This document shows, in pieces, positions 30,952-39,581 of a DNA stretch of 59,621 nucleotides; position 1 is the stretch's first letter; each line of letters begins with the position of its first letter. Made by a program: the position numbers and the translations under genes. The stretch is from a phage, in the sequence record PZ049713.1; one strand, given 5' to 3'. Below the pieces are notes generated by a model. The model had not been told where the DNA came from, ran no database searches, and saw only the letters and a list, made by a program, of their open reading frames with translations.

Positions 30952-31203
30952 TTAGGCCAAAACCACGTGCTGCCCCTTCATCAGGCAGAAGGCGCACAGA
31001 AGCTGCTTTGTGCCGCCCTGTGGCTTGCCATTCTTTACGATCATGCCGGTCTTTACCTCGACGACGCTCGAGCTGCCGCACCTATGGCAGTTGAGCAGGT
31101 ATGCAGTATCGGGCCTCGCCTTCTTTAGCTTTTCAGCCTTGATGCGCGGCGTTTCGTCTGTAGCGGTGCCGTCGATGACGGTGAGGCGTGGTTTGTTGGT
31201 CAT
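30952..31203 (-). CDS. Zinc-ribbon small protein
   Basis: 83 aa; CHRCGSS...CAFC cysteine pairs; start overlaps GIY-YIG stop. Confidence 0.45.
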   Translation of the reverse strand: MTNKPRLTVIDGTATDETPRIKAEKLKKARPDTAYLLNCHRCGSSSVVEVKTGMIVKNGKPQGGTKQLLCAFCLMKGQHVVLA

Positions 31204-32184
31204 TCAGCCATCATAGGCCGGCATGGCTATCGGCGCCAAGATGGGCAGGTGCCTCCACGACTTCCCGATGACGATGCCGCGAATGACGGACCTATGCTTC
31301 CCGTAGTCGCGCGCAATCTGAACCAAGGGCTCACCCCTCTGCGCTCTCCGCCTGATGTCCATGATCTCAGCTTCTGTGAAGGCCGCGTTGTAGACCTTTT
31401 CGCCACGGTGGTTTATTGGCGGGGTATCGCCTAGCGGGAGGTGCCTCCATGTTTCGCCGCTAATAATCTTGCTTACAGCACTCCTGCTCACCCCGTACAT
31501 CTCGGCAATCTTTGCAGCGCTATTGCCGGCCGCCCGCAGACGCCTTATCTCCAGAACCTTTTGATCATTCAGCTTGGCCGATGAGATGTGCTCGCCCTGC
31601 GCGGTCCCCTCTGTCCGCCTTTGCTCCCAGTTGGCACGGCCAGCTATGGAGCTTATAGCTGACCTCTTGGCGTCGGATATCGCCATGCGCCCTCGGCGCG
31701 CCCTTTCGCTGCGCACCGCCGGGCCTACCATCATGCGGGCTTCGTGCTGCGCGTCAGTCCATGGAACATCTTTCTTCACAGCAGACATGCGAGCGCGGTA
31801 CTCATCGCAGCTCCACAGCCTCTGCACTGCCGACCTTATTCGGTCTCTGAGCTCTGGCGGAGCATCCAGCATCCCTTCGCCGCCCGCTGTGTGATTGACC
31901 AGATTGGCGCCGCCGGCCTTGAGCTTTGCTATCCAGTAGCGCTCAGATTCGTTCCATGTGGCGTCTCGCTGCAAGACTCTCACGCAGGCCTCATCGCCCC
32001 GCGCTATAACTGACCGGACCCAGTAGTCGCGGTGGGTTGGCCTGCTGGTTGACCCTGAGCGGGTTACGTGCTGGCGCAGCCGTCGCTCCACGGAGACCAC
32101 GGTCTGCCCGACATAGCGCATCAGTCCGTCAGATTTTGCATATAGCGCGTATACCGTGCACGTGCGAGAATTGGCGTCAGCCAT
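31204..32184 (-). CDS. GIY-YIG homing endonuclease with tandem C-terminal HTH repeats
   Basis: 326 aa; N-terminal VYALYAKSDGLMRYVGQT...RLRQH; two repeats of ...(I/V)A(E/R)xYG(V/K)xRS(A/V)(V/I)...(E/K)(T/S)WRHLP. Confidence 0.75.
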   Translation of the reverse strand: MADANSRTCTVYALYAKSDGLMRYVGQTVVSVERRLRQHVTRSGSTSRPTHRDYWVRSVIARGDEACVRVLQRDATWNESERYWIAKLKAGGANLVNHTAGGEGMLDAPPELRDRIRSAVQRLWSCDEYRARMSAVKKDVPWTDAQHEARMMVGPAVRSERARRGRMAISDAKRSAISSIAGRANWEQRRTEGTAQGEHISSAKLNDQKVLEIRRLRAAGNSAAKIAEMYGVSRSAVSKIISGETWRHLPLGDTPPINHRGEKVYNAAFTEAEIMDIRRRAQRGEPLVQIARDYGKHRSVIRGIVIGKSWRHLPILAPIAMPAYDG

Positions 32185-32263
32185 GGCCGTGACTCCTTAA
32201 CAGTCAGGTTGTGGTTAGAGCCCGCACGGTGTTGGTAGCACCTGCGGGCTCGCTTATTCTAGC

Positions 32264-33349
32264 TTAAAGCCCAGCCTTCTTGAACGCTTCGGCGTCCTTC
32301 CTGCGCAATTCCTCAATCGTATATTCCCTACCCTTTGAGTCCACGAACCTGTCAAGGGTTAGGCCGCCATCACGGAACAGCTTTCCCTTAGTCGGGCCTA
32401 GGATGTCATCCTGAAACGCAGCCGGCTTCGACTTTAGCCAAGACTGGTAAGTCGTTGATCCAGCGACCTGGCCATCCATAGACGCCCTGTCAGCTTCGGC
32501 TATCTCGGTCTCGCTCAACCCGAGCGCCTCCCAGGCTGACTTCAAAACCGGCGCAGTCGACGAGCGGCAGCCCCAATGAGCAGGAGGTCGCGGACCCTTG
32601 TCTATCGGGAACACCTGACCGTCTCTGGCCTGACAGACGCTGGATGTCCTGCCGTCGAGTGTGCTGACCCATTGAACCTCTTTCACGATGTCGGCATTTG
32701 CCTCGAACACCGCCTGCCTGGCGTAGTTAGCCGTGTGGTTGACCGCGGTGCGCACCAATGCCTCGGCGCCTCGCCGGTCGATCTCCATCAGCCCATCGGC
32801 ATACCCTAGCGCGCGAGTGCCGCGCAGCCGGCGAACCATCTGGCTAATCGTCTCGCCTTCCACGAACCCCATGCGGATTGCATCGCGGATGCGTATCGCC
32901 TTCGCGGTCTCGATGTCCTTCAGCGCCTCCTTCAGCAGCTTGCCCTGGAATGGCCTAGCCATCGCCGCGGCATAGACCTGATTGGCCGAAACCGTGTTCA
33001 GGACCAGGGCGTCAGCCACTTGTGCAGGCAGAACGCTCTGTAGGACTCGATGCTGATAGCTCGCCTCATATCCAGCAAGCTCCAGCAGCGCCCCATCCAG
33101 CTCCTCTCCAGCGGCGCGGTAAGCCTCAGCGTTAAGGCCCCGCACCTGCACTAGCATCTGATCGAGACGCTGAACCGTGAACGACTCTGGTGGCAGACGC
33201 TCAAGCGCTTCGGTCAGCCTGGCGAACAGATCATCATCCACCCGGTTGAGCAGCTGCATGAAGCGCCGCACGACGCCGCCGCCGTAACGCTGCAGGTAAA
33301 TCTGATGAGAGATGGCAAGGTCAGCCAGCTTTTCGTTGGCAGTGGGCAT
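32264..33349 (-). CDS. Head morphogenesis protein (Mu F / SPP1 gp7-like)
   Basis: 361 aa; immediately downstream of portal. Confidence 0.55.
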   Translation of the reverse strand: MPTANEKLADLAISHQIYLQRYGGGVVRRFMQLLNRVDDDLFARLTEALERLPPESFTVQRLDQMLVQVRGLNAEAYRAAGEELDGALLELAGYEASYQHRVLQSVLPAQVADALVLNTVSANQVYAAAMARPFQGKLLKEALKDIETAKAIRIRDAIRMGFVEGETISQMVRRLRGTRALGYADGLMEIDRRGAEALVRTAVNHTANYARQAVFEANADIVKEVQWVSTLDGRTSSVCQARDGQVFPIDKGPRPPAHWGCRSSTAPVLKSAWEALGLSETEIAEADRASMDGQVAGSTTYQSWLKSKPAAFQDDILGPTKGKLFRDGGLTLDRFVDSKGREYTIEELRRKDAEAFKKAGL

Positions 33350-34692
33350 TACATACCTCCAAGGCCCGGCCCCTGCTCCTGAATCAGCTCAAGCTCAGCC
33401 AGCCAGTCGCGCTCAGGCAGCTTCCCGGTCGAGATGTAGCGCCAGAACGAGTCATGGCTAACGATGCCGGCCTGCGCCGCGGTGAGCAGCTGAGCCGCAA
33501 TCTGAGGATCAACGCCGGCGGAGGAAAAGTCAGGCTTAACAGCGAATCGCAGGTCACCGCTGGTAGCGACGATCTCAGCCGCATAGCGCAGGCACTGCTC
33601 GATAGCCTCTGCAACGGTGATAACAATCGTGTAGAGCGTGCTGTGCTGATCGCTTTGACGCGCCAGTCGCGCCTCGCCGGACTCGGTGCCACCGAGATCC
33701 ACGACGCGCGCCCCAGCCTCAAGCGCTGCATTGCGCTGCTGCTCCATCAGGCGCTCATTGATCGCGCTGCCAGCCCCGCTCGGCTCCAGATAGAACGCAT
33801 TTCCGCCAGTAGGCAGGCACCACGCAGCGGACGGCCCAGTGACGCGCAGGTCTTGATCATCATCCAGTCCAACCACAACAGGCTGCGCATGACAGGTAGC
33901 GTGCGCATTGCTGAACAGGTCGGCGCTGAGCTGGTAGCTCTTGAGCGCGGCCTTGGCCATGGTCAGCAGCGGGATCTCGTCAACGTCAGCGGCATTGTCG
34001 GTCGAACCGGCAATCACCATCGGGATGTAGCGGATAGCGCCGGCTACGCCACGAGCTGACTGCGGCTCCTCAATGGCAGCCCCCTTGTCGTCGAAAAGCT
34101 GCGAGGCATACGCCCCATCTTCCAGGCTCAGCACGCGGTAAACCGTGTCGACTTCATGGGCGAACCGATCATCACCCTTGCGGCGATCTTCCTGCAGGAC
34201 GACCAATGCCAAGTCCTGCCGGCCGCGCTGGTCGCTGAGCCCCCAATTGATGAGACTGAGCGCTGGATATAGCGTGATGTACGGGGCGCCGTCTGAGTCG
34301 ACGTCCACGAGCAGGCCAGCCCGTCCGAACAGAATCACATCGCGACAGGCGCGCATGAAGAGCTGACGCAGGCCGAAACCATCAGCGGTCGCGTCATCTT
34401 CCATCCGAGCGATACCAGCCGGCAGCGTGATCTCAGGCTGCAGGCGGGACACCATGCCGATCATGCTACGCAGCGCGTCCTTTACCCAATGCGGGTATTG
34501 GGCACGGAGCGTGTAGGCTTCGTACAGGTATGAGTTGGTCGGGTCGTCCTTCTCAGCTTCGACCATGCCGGCCGGCTTCGGCAGATTCGCCGGGTTCGCC
34601 TTTACGGCAGACTCGCCTTTTACCGCTTCGGCCATTATCAGCCAGTCGGCCAGGTGTGCCGTGTAGTCTGGATGACGGCTTGATACGGGCAT
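33349..34692 (-). CDS. Portal protein
   Basis: ~447 aa from ATG at 34692..34690, which overlaps the TerL stop (TAATG); ORF-track start 34860 is an upstream in-frame extension. Confidence 0.65.
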   Translation of the reverse strand: MPVSSRHPDYTAHLADWLIMAEAVKGESAVKANPANLPKPAGMVEAEKDDPTNSYLYEAYTLRAQYPHWVKDALRSMIGMVSRLQPEITLPAGIARMEDDATADGFGLRQLFMRACRDVILFGRAGLLVDVDSDGAPYITLYPALSLINWGLSDQRGRQDLALVVLQEDRRKGDDRFAHEVDTVYRVLSLEDGAYASQLFDDKGAAIEEPQSARGVAGAIRYIPMVIAGSTDNAADVDEIPLLTMAKAALKSYQLSADLFSNAHATCHAQPVVVGLDDDQDLRVTGPSAAWCLPTGGNAFYLEPSGAGSAINERLMEQQRNAALEAGARVVDLGGTESGEARLARQSDQHSTLYTIVITVAEAIEQCLRYAAEIVATSGDLRFAVKPDFSSAGVDPQIAAQLLTAAQAGIVSHDSFWRYISTGKLPERDWLAELELIQEQGPGLGGM

Positions 34693-35978
34693 TATGTGAG
34701 TCCTCGGATGCGGCGGGTGCCCGCTGCGCGCTTGATGATCGGGAAGCGGTGAACGACGAAGTAGCCGAAGGCATCGGCCGGGTCTTCCGTGCCGTCCTTG
34801 TTGGGCTCTCCGTGTTCGTTGTATGCCTGCTGCTCGAGCACCTGGGTGGTGACCGGGCATTTGTCGGTATTGACCTTCAGCCGGCGCACGCCCTCGCCAT
34901 TGAGGAACATGGCGTTAACGGCCAGAACGCGGTCACGAACCATTGGGTTAGCCGGGTTGACGCGAACCGTGAAGCCGGCCTGCTTGAGCAGGCTGTGATC
35001 CGACTCGCTGCCGTTGACGCTCTTGCGGTTCTTGCCGCTGGCGTCGGGGTAGACGGTGATCTTGTGGCCGGGGAATCGCTCCAGTAGCGCAGCGATCATT
35101 GCAGGCGTGTCGAACAGGCTGGTCAACTCATCCAGTTGCCGCGGCTCACCATCACGAATGACGAACACGCAGGCCGCCATCCGATTGATGTTGAAGTCCA
35201 TACCTACATGCAGCTCTTCACCCGGGCGAATCGTCTCGTCGGTGTGATTCAGGCGCCGGCAGAAGTTCGGATAGACCGATCCGCTCACTAGGTTGACGAA
35301 CTGGCCGTCAATGTAGGCGTCGACCAGGTTGGCCGGGTACGACTCGCGCAGCGAAGGGATGTAGTCCTTCGGCAGGTTCTTGGCGTTCTGCCGCGTGCTG
35401 GCATGGACGATGCCATACAGCGGGCGCTGGCTCGGATTGGCGGCCAGCTCCTTGACGAACTTGCGATATACCCAGTTGAACCCCTCCGGCGTGGTCGTCA
35501 CGTCGATGGTGTTCTCTCCGCGCGTCGGCCAGACAGTCGACATACGGGCGATGATCTTTTTCCAGGCGCTGTCAGCCTTCTTGATCGGCATGCAGTCGAT
35601 CTCGTCGACCAAGGCGTGCGCAATGTTGAAGCCGACGATGCGGCCAGGGTGCTCCATGCTCTTGCAGACGATCGTCGACAGGCAGCGGCCTTTCGAGTCG
35701 CGCAGATGCACCCGCTTGTTGCTCGGCACGATGTCAGCGAACAGCCCGAAGGCCTCGGCAACGCCCGGTATCGTGTCGTAGAAGATGTCCGCGATCTGCG
35801 GATAGGTAGGCGCGAAGTAGCCCTGCGGAATGCCGGGGTGCTCCAGCGCGTTGATACACAGCCGCACGCAGCCTACGAACGTCTTGCCGCTTCGATACCC
35901 GCCGACGAACGCTGAGAACTTCTTCGGGTGGCTGATAAACTCGAACTGCGGCTTATTCAGCTTCAGGGTCGCTTGCAT
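34692..35978 (-). CDS. Terminase large subunit
   Basis: 428 aa; Walker A VGGYRSGKT near N-terminus; followed by portal. Confidence 0.85.
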   Translation of the reverse strand: MQATLKLNKPQFEFISHPKKFSAFVGGYRSGKTFVGCVRLCINALEHPGIPQGYFAPTYPQIADIFYDTIPGVAEAFGLFADIVPSNKRVHLRDSKGRCLSTIVCKSMEHPGRIVGFNIAHALVDEIDCMPIKKADSAWKKIIARMSTVWPTRGENTIDVTTTPEGFNWVYRKFVKELAANPSQRPLYGIVHASTRQNAKNLPKDYIPSLRESYPANLVDAYIDGQFVNLVSGSVYPNFCRRLNHTDETIRPGEELHVGMDFNINRMAACVFVIRDGEPRQLDELTSLFDTPAMIAALLERFPGHKITVYPDASGKNRKSVNGSESDHSLLKQAGFTVRVNPANPMVRDRVLAVNAMFLNGEGVRRLKVNTDKCPVTTQVLEQQAYNEHGEPNKDGTEDPADAFGYFVVHRFPIIKRAAGTRRIRGLT

Positions 35979-36426
35979 CTTCCACCCCGATGATGACTTG
36001 CTTCGGCTCAGGCAAGCCCTGATTCGGGTCTTCCAGTTCGCGGCGCAGCTTCTCGTTGGTCAGACGCTTGGTGTCGAGCTCTTCGCGCGTCTTGGTCAGC
36101 GACTCGATGCGCGCCAAGTAGCGGTCAGCCAGCAGGTCGTAGCCGTCCGCCTTCGCCATCAGCACGCGATTCAGCAGAACCTTCGTCAGCCGAAGCTCTT
36201 GGTCGATCTGGTCAATCTCGGCAGCATGGAAGTCGGCCTGCTCTTCATCCGTCAGGTACTTGCTATAAATCGATCCAGGCTTGGCGGCATGCCTGTTGCC
36301 GTACTGCCTTGCAGGCTCTTTCGGCCCCGTGCTTTTACCGCCATGAAGGGAGCAGCGGCTTTTCCCCGCAACAGCATCTCTTTGGCATTCCCCGCCCGCA
36401 CGGGTACGAGCCCAGCACTTAGGCAT
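35953..36426 (-). CDS. Terminase small subunit candidate (HGGxSTG-domain protein)
   Basis: 157 aa; N-terminal Cys-rich ...CSLHGGKSTGPK... motif; overlaps TerL start. Confidence 0.5.
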   Translation of the reverse strand: MPKCWARTRAGGECQRDAVAGKSRCSLHGGKSTGPKEPARQYGNRHAAKPGSIYSKYLTDEEQADFHAAEIDQIDQELRLTKVLLNRVLMAKADGYDLLADRYLARIESLTKTREELDTKRLTNEKLRRELEDPNQGLPEPKQVIIGVEDASDPEAE

Positions 36427-36470
36427 GGTTCAACCTCGCTCATGGGGTTTCGTTTTCTCAGATCAGCGAA

Positions 36471-37205
36471 TCACATTAGAAGCGTGAACTGCCCATCCCA
36501 CGAATCGGACTTCTTTAGGTTCAGCTTGGCCCACATGGGGCGCAGGTTGTTTAGGCTGTTTGCAGCTTTTAGCTGCACGGGGTCAGTCAGATCAAAGGAT
36601 GACAGCGGTCTAATGTGGTCGATATGCCACTTATCCCTGTTGTGCCAGCCCATTCCACTATGGAATAGCGCTTCAAGGTGCTGGGCAAGGTCAGAGGCTG
36701 AATAGCCTAGGCATTCGGCAGTAACGTCTTCTTTCGCCTTCCCAACAAGCTCCAAGCAGCGCCTTATCATGCATCTTGATGCCTCTGCCGCCATCCCTTG
36801 CGGCGTCGATCTTCGACGCTTGCCTCTAATTGAGATTGACACTCTGCCCTTTTCAGACTTGGCATACTCAGCCTTGCGCTGGCGATACTCTTTAGTTTTG
36901 CGTTTGGCGCGAATCTTCTCTTGGAATTCAGGAGAGTAGTATTTCCTCCTAAGGCGCTCTTTTGCTTGTGGCGTAGCGTTTCTGGACTTCGCCCTTGCGC
37001 TACGCTTCGCCCGGTACTCCTCAGACTCTTCGCGTCTTGCTGCTCGCTCTCTCTCGCACTCTAGACAGTGCCCGGTTGCAGAAGACCTTTCCGAGTAATG
37101 CTCTCTGCGGCACGGGATGCCCGTAAAGTATTTGCTGAGCCCGACCTCTTTCGCTACTGAGCGCGAGACAATATGAATGCACGCGGATAGACTTGCGTCA
37201 GTCAT
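36471..37205 (-). CDS. HNH endonuclease, terminase-associated, with N-terminal zinc module
   Basis: 244 aa; C-terminal ...WHIDHIRP...NLRPMWAKLN...; N-terminal KYFTGIPC...GHCLEC module. Confidence 0.7.
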   Translation of the reverse strand: MTDASLSACIHIVSRSVAKEVGLSKYFTGIPCRREHYSERSSATGHCLECERERAARREESEEYRAKRSARAKSRNATPQAKERLRRKYYSPEFQEKIRAKRKTKEYRQRKAEYAKSEKGRVSISIRGKRRRSTPQGMAAEASRCMIRRCLELVGKAKEDVTAECLGYSASDLAQHLEALFHSGMGWHNRDKWHIDHIRPLSSFDLTDPVQLKAANSLNNLRPMWAKLNLKKSDSWDGQFTLLM

Positions 37206-37238
37206 TGCCGTGATCCTCGACCGATCAGGTGGTGGCTA

Positions 37239-37271
37239 GAAGCCCGGAAGTGTTAGCGCACTCCGGGCTTC
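37239..37271. other. Perfect 10-bp stem / 13-nt loop hairpin upstream of HNH-terminase genes (cos/pac candidate)
   Basis: GAAGCCCGGA-agtgttagcgcac-TCCGGGCTTC; no U-tract on either strand. Confidence 0.35.
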
Positions 37272-37294
37272 GTCATTATAGCGCTTCGCTTAAT

Positions 37295-37480
37295 CTATTT
37301 CCCCACCATTTCCATCCACTCCTCCACGATCCGCTGCAACACGGGCTCGGTCAGGATGCTGGATGGCTGCCTTCCGGCTATTACGTCGCGAAGGAGGCTG
37401 TGCGGTATCTGGTGCACTGCGTCAGACGCATCGATGATGACGTGCGGCTGCCTGTCGGCTAGATCGACGACGTTTTGCAT
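37295..37480 (-). CDS. Hypothetical small protein
   Basis: 61-aa ORF in operon orientation. Confidence 0.3.
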   Translation of the reverse strand: MQNVVDLADRQPHVIIDASDAVHQIPHSLLRDVIAGRQPSSILTEPVLQRIVEEWMEMVGK

Positions 37481-37579
37481 GGGCGCGCTCTCGGTTTACT
37501 GCCAACCACACCTCTTTCCCGATCATCACAGCGACACAGGCTGCGATGTATAGGAACAGGATGGTGGCGTGCAGGCGTT

Positions 37580-37795
37580 TCACTTCGGCTCACCAGTCAC
37601 CTTCGGCTGCGACACCACCCGGGCGACAGCCATAGCCACGCCGAGAACCATGTTCACGCTGGCCCATGCGACGGGGCTGATGTGGCCCTCGAACGCTACC
37701 CATGCACCGGCTGCGGCGTTGAGCACTGCGGTCAGGATGGCGAGCTGCACACTGGTCAGACGCCAGCACTTGCGCCATTCAGGAATCAGGTTCAT
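37580..37795 (-). CDS. Holin-like small membrane protein
   Basis: 71 aa with two hydrophobic segments; ATGA overlap with upstream gene; early in the late operon. Confidence 0.4.
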   Translation of the reverse strand: MNLIPEWRKCWRLTSVQLAILTAVLNAAAGAWVAFEGHISPVAWASVNMVLGVAMAVARVVSQPKVTGEPK

Positions 37796-38106
37796 GAGCC
37801 GAACCCCTTAGCCACGAACGGCCATAGCTTGTCGAAAACTGCCACCATCACCACGCCGGCGCCAATCCCATAGGTGAGCTTGTTGCTCAGTGTGTCCACC
37901 TTCCCGGCTACCTCGTCCTGGCTCTCTCCGATTGCGGTGAGCTGGCGGGTCATGTGCTCGAACTGCTGCTCGAGCTTGGTGAGGCGGTTGGGTGACTGGG
38001 CGTGGTCGCGGTCGAATCTGTCTAGGCGGTGCCGGGTTACGGCTGCCTCTTGCTCCAGGGCGCCGACTCGCTCATGCACTGTCCTGCCCTCATGGCTGTC
38101 GGTCAT
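37792..38106 (-). CDS. XhlA-like membrane protein (coiled coil plus C-terminal TM)
   Basis: 104 aa; N-terminal charged helix, C-terminal YGIGAGVVMVAVF TM. Confidence 0.35.
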   Translation of the reverse strand: MTDSHEGRTVHERVGALEQEAAVTRHRLDRFDRDHAQSPNRLTKLEQQFEHMTRQLTAIGESQDEVAGKVDTLSNKLTYGIGAGVVMVAVFDKLWPFVAKGFGS

Positions 38107-38213
38107 AGTGGAGTCTCGTTGGTGTTTGGTCCGGCCTCACATGCGCGTGCGATCCGCTCGGGGCAAGGAGGCAGGCATGGGGCCGGAATAGGGTTTAGGC
38201 GCGTGCGCCTGAA

Positions 38214-38462
38214 TCAGTCAGCTGGGGAAATGTCCACGTAGTAGGCTTTCCCCAGCTCAAGCTTGTTAGCCACCTCAGTGACCATGCCTGCCCGGAACTC
38301 ACCGTAAGGGGTCAGCCTGCCGAACACAGCGTTTTCATCTTCTTCCGTCCCGGTTACGCCGCTCGCATATACCGCGCCGAACCGAACGAGCGACATGCCT
38401 TCGGTGTGCTGGTTAAGCGAGATTTCGTGACAGATCATCTTGCAGCGAATGCGATGGGTCAT
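38214..38462 (-). CDS. Hypothetical protein, first ORF of late operon
   Basis: 82-aa ORF directly downstream of the tandem terminators. Confidence 0.35.
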   Translation of the reverse strand: MTHRIRCKMICHEISLNQHTEGMSLVRFGAVYASGVTGTEEDENAVFGRLTPYGEFRAGMVTEVANKLELGKAYYVDISPAD

Positions 38463-38514
38463 CTTGTGGTCCTTTGGTTGGTGCAGGATGGCCTATCAGT
38501 CTTTCGCCTGCTGA

Positions 38515-38544
38515 AACGAAGAAAGCCCCGCACTTGGCGAGGCC
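38515..38544 (-). terminator. Intrinsic terminator, late leader (downstream copy)
   Basis: Minus-strand RNA GCCUCGC-caagu-GCGGGGC then UUUCUUCGUUUC; the stem closes only on the minus strand (G-U wobble vs C-A mismatch on plus). Confidence 0.55.
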
Positions 38545-38759
38545 GAAAGATGTAGATCCCGATTCCCCGCACGTCTACGGGGCGATACCTGTTATCAGGT
38601 CGCGCAGTGTGCTGCGTGTGGCGCGTAGCCGATCGCAAGCAGGCCGGGGATTTGATGCGCTGTATTGGATGACGCGAGTATTAGCAGCGCTTGCCGTCGC
38701 ACGGCGTGGTGTTTGATGGGCGCAGGATGGCGAGGCCTTCGTCAGCCAGGTTCCGCCCG

Positions 38760-38789
38760 AAACGAAAAAGCCCCGACCGAAGTCAGGGC
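38760..38789 (-). terminator. Intrinsic terminator, late leader (upstream copy)
   Basis: Minus-strand RNA GCCCUGAC-uucg-GUCGGGGC then UUUUUCGUUU; 8-bp stem with UUCG tetraloop. Confidence 0.6.
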
Positions 38790-39035
38790 TCTTGAAGTTG
38801 TCCAAGGGGACTCTCCCCCTTGAGGCCACACCACTTTCTACTTGCGCTGATCAGACGCTTTCGCAGCAGGTGTCGCTGTATGCCGCGCCCGTAACGACAT
38901 TGGACCGGGACGATTCGCGACTCTCGGCCATCTCAACGCGAGAAATGACCAAGATAGGCATAGGATGGCTCATTGGCTCACAGGATGCAATAGCTGATTT
39001 GCACAAATCTGCGCTTTTTTGAGCAAATCTGCTGT

Positions 39036-39581
39036 TTATGCCGCTTGCTCAGCAATCAACCCCTCATTACCGAGGATCTCCTGCGCCTCAACCAGCGCTT
39101 GATCCACTTGGCGCTCCAGGTCACGGCGAATGTCCCGGCGCCACCGCTCCAGTGTCTTTTGCGGGCGGCCGTCTTCGTCCCAGCGGTCAAGCTCATACCA
39201 TGCGGCCGGCAATACGCTCGTGCTTCGCTTCCCTTCCGCGCCGGGCAGCTTCGGGAATGCCCAGGTGGCTACGGCGCACTGGATGAACCGGCCAGGTGCT
39301 GGCGACTTCACCGATCCGGCCAGCGCCATCATCGCATCGTGCTTGCGCTCCAGATGGGTGCTGTACTTGGCGACGAGCGCCAGCCACAGACCAACCGGCA
39401 GCGCCTTGTGCAGGCGACCATGGACCCAGCAGTCGGTTAAGAATGCCTCTTCCTTGCCGCAGATCGCCCCAGGCACTCGCTGGTCTTGCACCTTGGGGTC
39501 AAAGTCCACGCCGCCAGCGCTATTGATCGTCTCCGCAGCCAGAGCCCGGACTACTGCTGATACAACTGATGGGTAGGTCAT
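39036..39581 (-). CDS. Putative late-gene regulator (Q-like antiterminator candidate)
   Basis: 181 aa; positional only, last gene before the terminator-containing late leader; no motif recognised. Confidence 0.25.
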   Translation of the reverse strand: MTYPSVVSAVVRALAAETINSAGGVDFDPKVQDQRVPGAICGKEEAFLTDCWVHGRLHKALPVGLWLALVAKYSTHLERKHDAMMALAGSVKSPAPGRFIQCAVATWAFPKLPGAEGKRSTSVLPAAWYELDRWDEDGRPQKTLERWRRDIRRDLERQVDQALVEAQEILGNEGLIAEQAA

